Source: Alphaproteobacteria bacterium
Lineage (GTDB): Bacteria; Pseudomonadota; Alphaproteobacteria; UBA9219
Length of the DNA stretch: 64,000 bases
Assembly: GCA_009779745.1 (NCBI GenBank)
Contig: WRDR01000004.1
Span: forward strand, 3,713-67,712
Direction of reading: 5' to 3'
Both the position numbers and the translations under genes were made by a program. The notes under the pieces were generated by a model that worked only from the letters and a program-made list of their open reading frames with translations, searched no databases and was not told the DNA's origin. Position 1 is the stretch's first letter; each line of letters begins with the position of its first letter. Shown here piece by piece: positions 29,328 through 44,594 of this stretch.

Positions 29328-29362
29328 AAAATGGAAAATAGAAAATTGAAAATGGAAAATGA
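29328..29362 (+). repeat. GGAAAAT-type heptamer tandem array (5 units), left flank of clpS
   Basis: The array reads aaaatggaaaatagaaaattgaaaatggaaaatgaaaa. Confidence 0.8.
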
Positions 29363-29681
29363 AAACACCACCGGACATGCACCCACTCCCGACAACACCG
29401 CCTTAAAAGAACAAAAGGTTAAGCTCAAACGCCCTCCGTTGTATAAAGTTATTCTGCTGAATGATGATTATACTCCTATGGATTTTGTTGTAAGTATCAT
29501 TGTTTCTATTTTCAATAAGCCCGTTGATGCTGCAAAAGCCCTGATGCTCGAGATTCATAAAAATGGTAAGGCGGTCTGCGGAGTCTACCCCTTTGAGGTA
29601 GCCGAAACAAAAATGCTCCAAGTTCTTTCTATTGCCAAAGGCGAAGAGCACCCTCTCCAGTGCGTTATTGAGAAAGAGTGA
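29331..29681 (+). CDS. clpS: ATP-dependent Clp protease adaptor ClpS
   Basis: The segment YKVILLNDDYTPMDFVVSIIVSIFNKPVDAAKALMLEIHKNGKAVCGVYPFEVAETK is the ClpS signature. The first ~10 codons (MENRKLKMEN) are encoded by the GGAAAAT repeat array, so the true start may be at 29352. Confidence 0.85.
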   Translation: MENRKLKMENENTTGHAPTPDNTALKEQKVKLKRPPLYKVILLNDDYTPMDFVVSIIVSIFNKPVDAAKALMLEIHKNGKAVCGVYPFEVAETKMLQVLSIAKGEEHPLQCVIEKE

Positions 29682-29699
29682 TAGGAATGTAGAACTATC

Positions 29700-29724
29700 A
29701 ATTTTCCATTTTCCATTTTCAATT
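29700..29724 (-). repeat. Heptamer array in inverted orientation, right flank of clpS
   Basis: The array reads attttccattttccattttcaattt. Confidence 0.8.
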
Positions 29725-29745
29725 TATAGTGCTACCCTCTTCCCC

Positions 29746-30519
29746 ATGTATACTTACAACATAGAATCATTTCTCGCAGGGCATACCTTTGCTTTTTTAC
29801 TCCTGCTTTGCCGCATCGGTGCCTTTCTTATGGTAGTTCCCGGGTTCGGCGAGAAATTCGTTCCGGTGCGCATAAGAATGGTTTTCGCTTGCCTAATATG
29901 CTTGCTAATAGTCCCTCCTTTTGCTTCCTTAATGCCTCCTATTCCTCAGTCTACTGCGCTTCTCGCAGTTATCATCTTCAAAGAAATGCTAATAGGCGTT
30001 TTTTTCGGAATCCTAGTGCGTATGCTGCTCCTTACTCTCGATGCTGCAGGTGCTGTTATCGGTATGCATTCCGGACTCTCTAATGCCAACACTATGAACC
30101 CTGCTTTGATGTCTCAGAGCCAGCTCCCCAGTACTTTTCTCACTATGTCCGGCATTGTCATGATTTTTGTAATCGGGCTTGATCACTATCTAATCAAGAC
30201 TCTCATTGCTTTGTATAACTCCTTTCCTGTATCGGACGCTCCTTTGATGCTCGGCGATATGTCTAAAACCGTGATGACTACTGCAAGCAGAACTTTTAGT
30301 TTCGGCGCAAGCCTAGCTGCTCCTTTCTTCGTCATAGGGCTTTTAATCTATGCTACTACAGGCATTATTCAAAGACTCCTGCCCTCTATTCAGCTCTTCT
30401 TCCTTATGCTTCCTATTCAGATTTGGGGCGGTTTGGCTCTTATGCTTCTCACCGTTTCCGTAATTCTTTCCTTGTGGGTTCAGTTTTTTGAGAACTCTGT
30501 TTCTACTTTTTTTCTATAG
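29746..30519 (+). CDS. fliR: Flagellar biosynthetic protein FliR
   Basis: The protein reads MYTYNIESFLAGHTFAFLLLLCRIGAFLMVVPGFGEKFVPVRIRMVFACLI… and is a polytopic membrane protein of FliR length (257 aa). The ORF-track start at 29632 overlaps clpS and is rejected. Confidence 0.8.
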   Translation: MYTYNIESFLAGHTFAFLLLLCRIGAFLMVVPGFGEKFVPVRIRMVFACLICLLIVPPFASLMPPIPQSTALLAVIIFKEMLIGVFFGILVRMLLLTLDAAGAVIGMHSGLSNANTMNPALMSQSQLPSTFLTMSGIVMIFVIGLDHYLIKTLIALYNSFPVSDAPLMLGDMSKTVMTTASRTFSFGASLAAPFFVIGLLIYATTGIIQRLLPSIQLFFLMLPIQIWGGLALMLLTVSVILSLWVQFFENSVSTFFL

Positions 30520-30532
30520 TTAGAATTTCCAA

Positions 30533-31606
30533 ATGGCAGAGCAAAATCAAGACCAAGATCAAGACCAAAAAACAGAAGAAGCCTCTGACAAAAAACTCGA
30601 AGAGGCTCGGCAAAAGGGGCAAATTCCGGTAAGCAGAGAAGTCGCCTCTTGGGTCTCGCTTTTGGGCGTTCTGGTCATGGTCGCCTTTGTCTCACCTCAC
30701 GCAAGCGCATCGCTCGGCAAGTATTTAGGCTCTTTTTTAGAGTACTCTTATACAATTTCTCTCACGCAAACTAACTTTCAGGCTCTCTTTTTCAGCGTCA
30801 TAGGCAATCTGATTCTCATACTGGGCATAGCTTTCTGCGTTATGATAGTTTTCGTCATACTGGGTTATATGATTCAGACCGGGTTTTTTATGTCTTTGGA
30901 CTTACTGGAGCCTAATTTCTCTAAGCTGTCTCCGATAAACGGACTGAAAAAAATGTTTTCCATGCAGTCTGTTGTAGAACTTTTCAAATCCCTCCTTAAG
31001 CTTCTGCTTCTTGGAAGCGTTGCTTACTTGGTTCTCATGTCTCTGGCCAGAGAGTCAATGCACTTCTCAGGAGGCTCTTTGTCTCAAGTTATGCCGTTTT
31101 TATATGACAATCTGACTTTTCTGATAAAGATGCTGCTTTTAGTCTTTCTGGTCATAGCTGCGTTTGATTTGTTTTGGACTAGGTTTCAGTATTTCAGAAA
31201 ACTGCGCATGACAAAGACTGAAGTCAAGGAAGAGTACAAGCAGTCTGAAGGAGATCCTATGATTAAATCCAGACTCCGGCAGATACGAATGGAAAAATCC
31301 AGAAAGCGCATGATGGCTGAGGTACCTAAGGCGGATGTAGTCATTACTAACCCGACTCACTATGCCGTAGCCCTCAAGTATAATGCGCTCAAAATGAGAG
31401 CTCCCGTAGTTGTGGCAAAGGGCATTAATTTAATAGCCTTACGCATCAGGGAAGCAGCGGAAGAGCACAAAGTACCGATAGTAAGCAATCCGCCTCTTGC
31501 AAGAACACTGCATTCCAGCGTAGATATAGACGAAGAGATTCACATAGAGCATTACAAGGCTGTGGCAGAGATAATTTCTTATGTTTACAAGACGCGAAAA
31601 AAATAG
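30533..31606 (+). CDS. flhB: Flagellar biosynthetic protein FlhB
   Basis: The N-terminus has …EEASDKKLEEARQKGQIPVSREV. The conserved NPTH autocleavage site (VVITNPTHYAVAL) is present. The protein is 357 aa. Confidence 0.9.
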   Translation: MAEQNQDQDQDQKTEEASDKKLEEARQKGQIPVSREVASWVSLLGVLVMVAFVSPHASASLGKYLGSFLEYSYTISLTQTNFQALFFSVIGNLILILGIAFCVMIVFVILGYMIQTGFFMSLDLLEPNFSKLSPINGLKKMFSMQSVVELFKSLLKLLLLGSVAYLVLMSLARESMHFSGGSLSQVMPFLYDNLTFLIKMLLLVFLVIAAFDLFWTRFQYFRKLRMTKTEVKEEYKQSEGDPMIKSRLRQIRMEKSRKRMMAEVPKADVVITNPTHYAVALKYNALKMRAPVVVAKGINLIALRIREAAEEHKVPIVSNPPLARTLHSSVDIDEEIHIEHYKAVAEIISYVYKTRKK

Positions 31607-31615
31607 GAGTAAGTC

Positions 31616-33409
31616 ATGAATTTATTGCAATCAGCTATAGAAATTCAGTTAAAAGGAGACTTGTTAGAAGCAGAGAGTCTCTATCGGCAGGCTATCGGGC
31701 AAAACCCGAAGGATGCCGATGCCTATTCTCTTTTGGGAACAAACCTTGCAACGCAAAAACGGCACGAAGAAGCCATAGAGTGCATTAATGAGGCTCTTTC
31801 TTTGGATAATACCTCCGGACTTTTCTATTCCCACAAGGGAAATGTTCTTATGGCTGCAAATAGAATTGAGGAGTCTATCGAGGCGTTCAGAAAGGCTATA
31901 GAGCTTACGCCTGATGTAGATTTGTTTCATTTCAATCTGGGCAATGCCTTACGGGTGAATAAGGACTATAAGGGTGCAATCAAAGAGTATGAAAAGAGCC
32001 TGGAGCTGAACCCAAAACATATATTAGCGATGAATAACTTAGTGCTGTCCTTAGTGGAAGAAAAAAAGCTGAAAGAAGCATTATCTTATGCGTATAAAAT
32101 TGTATTTTTAGTTCCTAATTACGCAGAAGGCTGGGCAACGGTATCAAATGTTGAAGAGAAGCTGAAGAATTACAAAAAGGCTGAAGAAGCGGCTGAAAAA
32201 GCACTGGAGCTGGATCCGAAAAACTTAACGGCACTGTTCGGATATGGGATAATTATGCACAGGCTCAATCGGCCTGAAGAAGCTGTCCGGGCATATCAAA
32301 AAGCATTATCGATTGACAATACAAAAGCTGATTTTTGGCATAATTTATCAATGTCCTACCGCGCTCTCAACAAGCTGGAAGATGCAGAGACCGCAGCGCG
32401 AAAGGTAGTAGAAACGGCCGGAGAAGCACTGGACAATGACGATGATATTATGACTATAGATGAGACTAAGATAGGAGAAAGGCACTTCTCTCTTGCATTA
32501 GCGGAGCTGCTGCAAGGCAAGTATGAGAAAGGCTTTGCGAGATACAGGGCTAGGTTCAAAGCTATTGAAACATTGACTAGGCGTGAAATGCCGGCTCCTT
32601 TGTGGCAAGGCGAATCTTTAAAAGGAAAAGAGATTTTAATCTGCCACGAACAAGGTTACGGAGATACTATAATGATGGCCCGCTTTTTTCCTATTGTGAA
32701 AGAGATGGGAGCCAGAATAATTTTTAAAACCGAAAGACCCTTGCTGCGGCTCATGCAGACGATGGATTCCATAGACGAAGTCATAGCCTCCGACATGCCG
32801 GACCCTAAGACGGATTTTTACTGTCATACTTTTGATTTGCCTTATATTTTGAAGACTAATCTAGAGACGCTACCCAAGCATGCTCCGTATATAAACATAG
32901 ACTCTATACCTGATAACGTTGCTATTGAGTTTCCGGAAAAGCTCAAAGTAGGTATTGTATGGGGCGGAAGCCATAAACATAAAAATGATACCAACAGATC
33001 CATTTCACTGGAAGTTTTCAGCAAGCTCTTGGACGCAAAAGGAGCAACTTTCTACTCGCTTACCAAGGATCTTAAAAGCGGAGATTCGCATTTATTCGCA
33101 GAGCTTTTGAAGTCCGGTAAAATTAAACATCATATAGGCCCTCATTTAAAAGATTTTGTATATTCCGGAAAAATTATAAACAGACTTGATTTAGTTATCT
33201 CGTGCGACACTGCAACAGCTCATCTTGCCGGAGCCCTTGGAAAGCCGGTATGGATTTTACTGCCTTTTGATGCAGACTGGAGATGGCTTGCGGACAGAGA
33301 GGATTCCGTATGGTACCCGACAGCGCGGCTCTTCCGTCAGCCGTCTCCGGGAGACTGGGACAGTGCTATTGCTAAGGCGAAAGAGGCTTTAGAAATGTGG
33401 AATGAGTAG
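31616..33409 (+). CDS. TPR-repeat protein with a C-terminal GT9-like glycosyltransferase domain (candidate FlmG-like flagellin glycosyltransferase)
   Basis: There are ≥8 TPR motifs (AYSLLGTNLATQKRHEEAIECINEALSLDN…). The C-terminal domain has GT9-like motifs: HEQGYGDTIMMARFFP, VGIVWGGSHKH, CDTATAHLAGALGKPVWILLP and DWRW. It starts 10 nt after the flhB stop codon. Confidence 0.6.
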   Translation: MNLLQSAIEIQLKGDLLEAESLYRQAIGQNPKDADAYSLLGTNLATQKRHEEAIECINEALSLDNTSGLFYSHKGNVLMAANRIEESIEAFRKAIELTPDVDLFHFNLGNALRVNKDYKGAIKEYEKSLELNPKHILAMNNLVLSLVEEKKLKEALSYAYKIVFLVPNYAEGWATVSNVEEKLKNYKKAEEAAEKALELDPKNLTALFGYGIIMHRLNRPEEAVRAYQKALSIDNTKADFWHNLSMSYRALNKLEDAETAARKVVETAGEALDNDDDIMTIDETKIGERHFSLALAELLQGKYEKGFARYRARFKAIETLTRREMPAPLWQGESLKGKEILICHEQGYGDTIMMARFFPIVKEMGARIIFKTERPLLRLMQTMDSIDEVIASDMPDPKTDFYCHTFDLPYILKTNLETLPKHAPYINIDSIPDNVAIEFPEKLKVGIVWGGSHKHKNDTNRSISLEVFSKLLDAKGATFYSLTKDLKSGDSHLFAELLKSGKIKHHIGPHLKDFVYSGKIINRLDLVISCDTATAHLAGALGKPVWILLPFDADWRWLADREDSVWYPTARLFRQPSPGDWDSAIAKAKEALEMWNE

Positions 33410-38763
<5,354 letters not shown>

Positions 38764-38785
38764 TCAAATTTCCACTTTCAACTTT

Positions 38786-41700
38786 TCACATTTCGCTTTT
38801 TTCTTCGGCTTCTATCATCTGCGGCTTTTTCTGGCTCATTTCTACGTTCAAGCCCAAGGAACGAAGCTCCTTCACAAGCACGTTGAAAGATTCCGGAATG
38901 CCGGCTTCGAAATTATCCTCGCCTCTTATGATAGACTCATAAACCTTAGTGCGTCCTGAAACGTCATCGGATTTCACCGTGAGTATTTCCTGAAGCGTGT
39001 AAGCAGCACCGTATGCCTCAAGTGCCCACACTTCCATTTCTCCGAAGCGCTGTCCTCCGAACTGAGCCTTACCGCCCAGAGGCTGCTGAGTAACTAAAGA
39101 ATATGGTCCGATAGATCTTGCGTGAATCTTGTCATCAACCAAATGGTGCAGTTTCAGCATGTATATGTAGCCGACCGTAACGGGTCTATCGAATTTTTCT
39201 CCTGTTCTTCCGTCAATAAGATAGGTCTGACCTGTCTTATCAAGCCCTGCCTGTTCCAGCATGACCTCAATATCGGAACCTTTGGCTCCGTCAAATACCG
39301 GAGTTGCAAAAGGAATACCGGTCCTCAAATTAGCTGCAAGTTCCAATACCTGAACATCATTAAGCTTAGAAACGTCCTTGTTGTACATCTCGGCTCCGTA
39401 CACTTCTTTGAGTTTGCTTTTTACGTCATTCAAAGATATTAAAGCCTTTTCATTGCTCGCTTTCTGTCTTACCTGCTGTTCACAGTACCCGTCATAAACA
39501 GCAGCAACCTGCTTTCCGAGTCCGGCAGAAGCCCAGCCGAGATGAGTCTCTAAAATCTGACCTATGTTCATACGGGAAGGCACGCCCAAAGGATTAAGTA
39601 TAATATCCATAGGAGTTCCGTCTTCCATATAAGGCATATCTTCTATCGGAAGAATTCTGGAAACAACACCCTTGTTTCCGTGACGGCCTGCCATTTTGTC
39701 TCCGGGCTGCAGCTTGCGCTTCACAGCCACAAAAACCTTGACCATTTTCATCACTCCCGGAGGCAGCTCATCGCCGCGCTGTAATTTGGAAACCTTATCC
39801 TCAAATCTCTTTTTGAGAGCGTTAATCTGCTCGTCAAAAACAGCGGACAGCTTCTCAACCTGCTCCATAGTCTTGGCGTTCTTTACAGTAATCTGTCTCC
39901 ACAGAGAAGGAGCAAAAGAAGACAACGTCTCTTCGGTAATAGTGCTGTCCACAGGGAATTCCTTAGGACCTTTGTCCGCCTTCTTGCCTAAAATCAGCTC
40001 TTTCAAGTGGGCATAAAAACCGCGCTCTATGATATGACGCTCGTCATCTCTATCCTTTGCAAGACGCTCTATTTCCTGACGCTCAATAGCTATAGCGCGC
40101 TGGTCTTTTTCTACGCCTCTGCGGGAAAATACTCTCACCTCAACAATAGTTCCGTTCACTCCCGGAGGCAGCCTCAAACTGGTATCGCGCACATCGGCAG
40201 CCTTTTCTCCGAAAATAGCTCGGAGCAGCTTCTCTTCCGGAGTCATCGGACTTTCACCCTTGGGAGTAACTTTACCTACAAGAATATCTCCCGGATTGAC
40301 TTCCGCACCAATGTATACAATACCGGTTTCGTCTAAATTACGGAGAGCTTCCTCACCTACGTTGGGAATGTCTCTGGTGATTTCTTCCTGACCCAGTTTA
40401 GTATCGCGCGCCATCACCTCAAATTCCTCAATGTGAATAGAGGTGAACACATCGTCTTTCACAATACGCTCGGATATAAGTATAGAATCCTCATAGTTGT
40501 ACCCGTTCCAAGGCATGAATGCGCAAAGCACGTTGCGCCCCAGTGCCAATTCTCCGAGTTCGGTAGCAGGACCGTCAGCAATAATATCGTCTTTGCTAAT
40601 CCTGTCGCCAACTTTGACTATAGGCTTCTGAGTTATACAAGTGCTCTGATTTGAACGCTGGAATTTCAGAAGATTGTAAATGTCAACGGAAGGAGCGGAA
40701 GCATCTTGTACCTGATCGGCACGAATGACTATGCGGGTGGCATCAACCTGATCAACAACACCGGAACGCTTGGCTACAATAGTGACTCCGGAATCTCTTG
40801 CAACAACAGACTCCATGCCCGTGCCTACAAGAGGAGCATCGTTATGCAGCAAAGGCACAGCCTGACGCTGCATGTTGGAGCCCATCAAAGCTCTGTTGGC
40901 GTCATCGTTCTCTAAGAAAGGAACAAGAGCCGCCGCAACGGATACTATCTGTTTAGGAGAAACATCTATCAAATCCACATTCTCAACAGGCACAACCATA
41001 ATATCGCCGTCCGTACGGACTATGACGGTCTCGTCAACAATCTTGTTGTTCTTGTCCAGCTCAACATTAGCCTGAGCAATATTGTGCTTGCCCTCTTCCA
41101 TAGCGGACAAATACACTATTTCATCAGTAACCTTGCCGTTCTTGACCTTGCGGTACGGACTCTCGATAAAGCCGTACTGATTGACTCTGGCGTAGGTTGC
41201 CAAAGAGCTGATAAGACCGATGTTCGGACCTTCGGGAGTTTCAATAGGACATATGCGCCCATAGTGTGTCGGGTGCACGTCACGGACTTCAAAGCCTGCG
41301 CGTTCTCTGGTAAGACCGCCGGGTCCTAATGCAGAGACTCTGCGCTTATGAGTAATCTCGGACAAAGGATTAGTCTGATCCATAAACTGAGAAAGCTGAG
41401 ACGAACCAAAGAATTCTCTCACCGCAGCAGCCGCAGGTTTCGCATTTATTAAATCATGCGGCATCATAGTGTCAATCTCAATAGAACTCATGCGTTCACG
41501 TATGGCGCGTTCCATACGCACAAGACCTATGCGATACTGATTCTCCATAAGCTCGCCCACAGAGCGTACGCGCCTGCTGCCCAAGTGGTCAATATCGTCC
41601 ACCTCGCCGTGCCCGTCTTTAAGCCCGCACATAATCTTGAGAATTTTGATAATATCCTCTTTCCTTAGAGTCCTTATCTGATCATCGGTATCAAACCCAA

Positions 41701-43057
41701 GCCTAGAATTCATCTTGACTCTTCCGACCGAAGACAAATCATATCTCTCTAAGCTAAAGAACAAAGAGTGGAACAGATTATCAGCAGACTCCAGCGTAGG
41801 AGGCTCACCCGGACGCATGACTCTGTAAATGTCCAGCAATGCCTCTTCTCTTGTAGTGTTCTTGTCCGCAGCCAGAGTATCGCGCATGTAAGATCCGACG
41901 TTCACATTGTCGATACCAAGCACGGAAATCTCTTTGCCGCCCATTTTTTCGAAAATGTCCAGCTTTTCCTTTGTAATCTCGTCTCCGGCTTCGAACAGAA
42001 TCTCTCCGTTATTCTCGTCTACTATGTCAACGGAAACAAACTTCCCGATGAGTTCGTCTTCTTGTATTAATATCTCTTTAAGCCCGTTGTCCGTGAGCTT
42101 AGTCAGCAGTCTCGGCGTAACCTTAGTTCCGGCCTCTACAACAGCCTTGCCGGTCTTAGCGTTGACTAAATCATTTAAGAGCTTCAGCCCCTTATAGCTG
42201 TCTGCAACGAACGGAGTAGACCAGCCGCTCTTAGCCTTCTTATAAAGAACAGCCTCATAAAAGCCTGCTAAAATTTCTTCCTTGGACATTCCCTGCACTT
42301 CGTGGAGTTCCAAGGGTCTGCCTTCTTTCTTACGCTTTGCGCGCAGCTTTTCCGTACTCGCGGAATCCAGCGCATACAAAATAGTAGTGGCAGGCAGCTT
42401 TCTTCTTCTGTCAATACGGGCGTATGCCAAATCCTTGGCATCGAACTCGAAATCCAACCAAGAGCCGCGGTACGGAATGATTCTGGCAGAGAACAAATAC
42501 TTTCCGGACGAATGAGACTTTCCGCCGTCATGATCAAAGAAAACGCCCGGGCTGCGGTGCATTTGGCTTACGATAACGCGTTCGGTTCCGTTAATGATGA
42601 AGGTTCCGTTTGCAGTCATAAGAGGCATATCGCCCATATAAACATCTTGTTCTTTGATGTCTCTGATAGACTTCATGCCTGTATTTTCCTCGACATCGAA
42701 TACGGTCAGACGCAAAGTAACTTTAAGCGAGGCGGAGAATGTTACTCCGCGCTGCTGGCACTCTTCCACGTCATATTTAGGCTGCTCCAGCTCGTAAGCC
42801 AGAAAATCCAAAACCGCCCGCCCTGAGAAATCCGCTATAGGAAAAGCAGATGCCAGAACATCTTGCAGACCTTTTCTTTCTCTTTTGTTCGCAGGAATAT
42901 CCATTTGAAGAAACTCGTCATAGGAGCGTCTTTGAACATCGATAAGGTTTGGCATCTCTGCTATTTCAGAGATACGTCCGAAACTTTTACGAATCCTTTT
43001 TCTTCCTGTGAATGAGTTGCTTGGGTTGATGCTGAGTAGTGCGCCGTTAGTCGCCAT
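38786..43057 (-). CDS. rpoB: DNA-directed RNA polymerase subunit beta
   Basis: The protein is 1423 aa. The N-terminus …[35 protein letters not shown] is alpha-type. A 480-bp AT-rich upstream region is not preceded by rplL. Confidence 0.97.
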   Translation of the reverse strand: MATNGALLSINPSNSFTGRKRIRKSFGRISEIAEMPNLIDVQRRSYDEFLQMDIPANKRERKGLQDVLASAFPIADFSGRAVLDFLAYELEQPKYDVEECQQRGVTFSASLKVTLRLTVFDVEENTGMKSIRDIKEQDVYMGDMPLMTANGTFIINGTERVIVSQMHRSPGVFFDHDGGKSHSSGKYLFSARIIPYRGSWLDFEFDAKDLAYARIDRRRKLPATTILYALDSASTEKLRAKRKKEGRPLELHEVQGMSKEEILAGFYEAVLYKKAKSGWSTPFVADSYKGLKLLNDLVNAKTGKAVVEAGTKVTPRLLTKLTDNGLKEILIQEDELIGKFVSVDIVDENNGEILFEAGDEITKEKLDIFEKMGGKEISVLGIDNVNVGSYMRDTLAADKNTTREEALLDIYRVMRPGEPPTLESADNLFHSLFFSLERYDLSSVGRVKMNSRLGFDTDDQIRTLRKEDIIKILKIMCGLKDGHGEVDDIDHLGSRRVRSVGELMENQYRIGLVRMERAIRERMSSIEIDTMMPHDLINAKPAAAAVREFFGSSQLSQFMDQTNPLSEITHKRRVSALGPGGLTRERAGFEVRDVHPTHYGRICPIETPEGPNIGLISSLATYARVNQYGFIESPYRKVKNGKVTDEIVYLSAMEEGKHNIAQANVELDKNNKIVDETVIVRTDGDIMVVPVENVDLIDVSPKQIVSVAAALVPFLENDDANRALMGSNMQRQAVPLLHNDAPLVGTGMESVVARDSGVTIVAKRSGVVDQVDATRIVIRADQVQDASAPSVDIYNLLKFQRSNQSTCITQKPIVKVGDRISKDDIIADGPATELGELALGRNVLCAFMPWNGYNYEDSILISERIVKDDVFTSIHIEEFEVMARDTKLGQEEITRDIPNVGEEALRNLDETGIVYIGAEVNPGDILVGKVTPKGESPMTPEEKLLRAIFGEKAADVRDTSLRLPPGVNGTIVEVRVFSRRGVEKDQRAIAIERQEIERLAKDRDDERHIIERGFYAHLKELILGKKADKGPKEFPVDSTITEETLSSFAPSLWRQITVKNAKTMEQVEKLSAVFDEQINALKKRFEDKVSKLQRGDELPPGVMKMVKVFVAVKRKLQPGDKMAGRHGNKGVVSRILPIEDMPYMEDGTPMDIILNPLGVPSRMNIGQILETHLGWASAGLGKQVAAVYDGYCEQQVRQKASNEKALISLNDVKSKLKEVYGAEMYNKDVSKLNDVQVLELAANLRTGIPFATPVFDGAKGSDIEVMLEQAGLDKTGQTYLIDGRTGEKFDRPVTVGYIYMLKLHHLVDDKIHARSIGPYSLVTQQPLGGKAQFGGQRFGEMEVWALEAYGAAYTLQEILTVKSDDVSGRTKVYESIIRGEDNFEAGIPESFNVLVKELRSLGLNVEMSQKKPQMIEAEEKSEM

Positions 43058-43536
43058 GCTTTGCCCCTCAAAACTGCTGCGTCCGGGTCTTTTAGCTAAA
43101 AATACAAGCGGACATTATCTTAAAAGCAAGACACGCACGCAAAAAAGCCGGAACGTTGTTATGTTTATATCTTTTGCTTAAAAAACGAACAAAAGACCGC
43201 TTCCCAATGATAGGATAAAATTGTATATCATTGAGCGGTAGCGCCTTTCTAGCAAATTGTCCCACAGAATATGAACTGAACTTAACAATATTGCAAGCAC
43301 AAAGTTTTGTTGTATTTCAGTGGGTTATGCTTTTTACCTTATTTCTTTACATAAAAACAGGCAAATTTTCATCTTTTTTTAATCAATTATTTTAGAGCGT
43401 TTATTATGCAGATTCTATATATGAAAGTAAAAACAGAGGCTGAATATTAACCAATATCGTGTCATAATACAACAATAAATAAAAGCACTAATATATTTAT
43501 AAATTATATCAAACATACATTTAAGAAGATAAATCA

Positions 43537-44493
43537 ATGTCTCAGATTAATGATTTAAAAAACATCATAGATAATAATAAGGACTTGCACCTTTTGCAAG
43601 AAAAGATAGCTGAAGCCAAAAAAGCCGGAAAGCCCGTTTTGGTGATAGTAGGAGAGGATCATACTATCCCTGTTTCCGCCAACTTGGAAATTTGTATTGC
43701 CAAAATTGCCAAAGACTCGGGCTTTAAGTCAGCTGCTATTGAGTTGAACAAAGAACAACTAAAAATAGCGGAAGAACAGCCCGCTAGTAGGAGAGTGGAA
43801 GTAGGCGCACATTACACTATTCCTGTCCTGAAGGGCATTGGAATAAAATGCACTCCTATGGATTCGTCCTTAAATAGAGATACGGCGAATAGAGAAAACC
43901 ATATGAGCAACGTAATATCGAACATTAATGAAGATGCAATATGTATCACTGGTATGTTGCATGTACCTTATTTAGCCGAGAAACTGAAAGAAAAATTCAC
44001 TGTTGTGTCTGTTTTGCTTCCGTCTCCAAAACTTGAGATGAATATGTCAGGAGAAGATACTGAGAGGAAAAATTGGCTATTAGATAAAAGAAATGATTTA
44101 TTGCGCTTTAGTCCAGCCCCCCCCCCCCTCAATATACCGAAGTATGGTGCTATTGCACAGGCAATTTTTGATGAACAATCTCTCTCCAAAATCGCAGAGG
44201 CACTTAATTTTGAAGAGCATATAAGGAACTTGCCCGACAGAGCAAAATTAGATAAACTCGACAAGCATATACAAGAGAGTTACTTCAAAATCATTCAAAG
44301 TGTGGTTGGAGGAACAGCTCCTGATACACAAGAGCCTACGAGAATGGTTTCGCCATTAACAGGCTTTCGAAGTGCGGGAAGAAATTTGGTGTCCATAAAT
44401 TTGGATAAACCAAAACATCCTGATGAAAGCAAAAAATTAGATAAGGAAATGTATGAGCAAATGCTGAAGCTTTGCGATACCTTGAAGAAGTAA
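43537..44493 (+). CDS. Hypothetical protein with an in-frame poly-C(12) tract; weak Tiki/TraB/ChaN-like GxxH…GxxH pattern
   Basis: The protein is 318 aa. A C12 homopolymer at 44117-44128 encodes SPAPPPLN. The possible paired motifs are VLVIVGEDHT and ITGMLHVPYL. No confident homology was found. Confidence 0.45.
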   Translation: MSQINDLKNIIDNNKDLHLLQEKIAEAKKAGKPVLVIVGEDHTIPVSANLEICIAKIAKDSGFKSAAIELNKEQLKIAEEQPASRRVEVGAHYTIPVLKGIGIKCTPMDSSLNRDTANRENHMSNVISNINEDAICITGMLHVPYLAEKLKEKFTVVSVLLPSPKLEMNMSGEDTERKNWLLDKRNDLLRFSPAPPPLNIPKYGAIAQAIFDEQSLSKIAEALNFEEHIRNLPDRAKLDKLDKHIQESYFKIIQSVVGGTAPDTQEPTRMVSPLTGFRSAGRNLVSINLDKPKHPDESKKLDKEMYEQMLKLCDTLKK

Positions 44494-44548
44494 GCACAAT
44501 AGTAATGTTTTTAAAATGATAGGGTTGTGACCATTGACCACTGCCCCG

Positions 44549-44594
44549 TCAGTCGCTTCGCGACTGCCACCCCTTCGCCAGCGAAGGGGAATAT
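44549..44594. repeat. Compound hairpin element (cagtcgcttcgcgactg + palindrome ccccttcgccagcgaagggg, with ATTCCCC…GGGGAAT ends) between the convergent 43537 gene and uvrD
   Basis: This is a near-perfect palindrome. A second copy, tattccccttcgccagcgaaggggaata, lies at 55658-55685. Confidence 0.7.

Noticed and set aside
29632-29745. Long N-terminal extension of the fliR ORF overlapping clpS.
   Set aside because: The extension overlaps the ClpS C-terminus in another frame and runs through the heptamer repeat. The conserved FliR N-terminus begins at the ATG at 29746.
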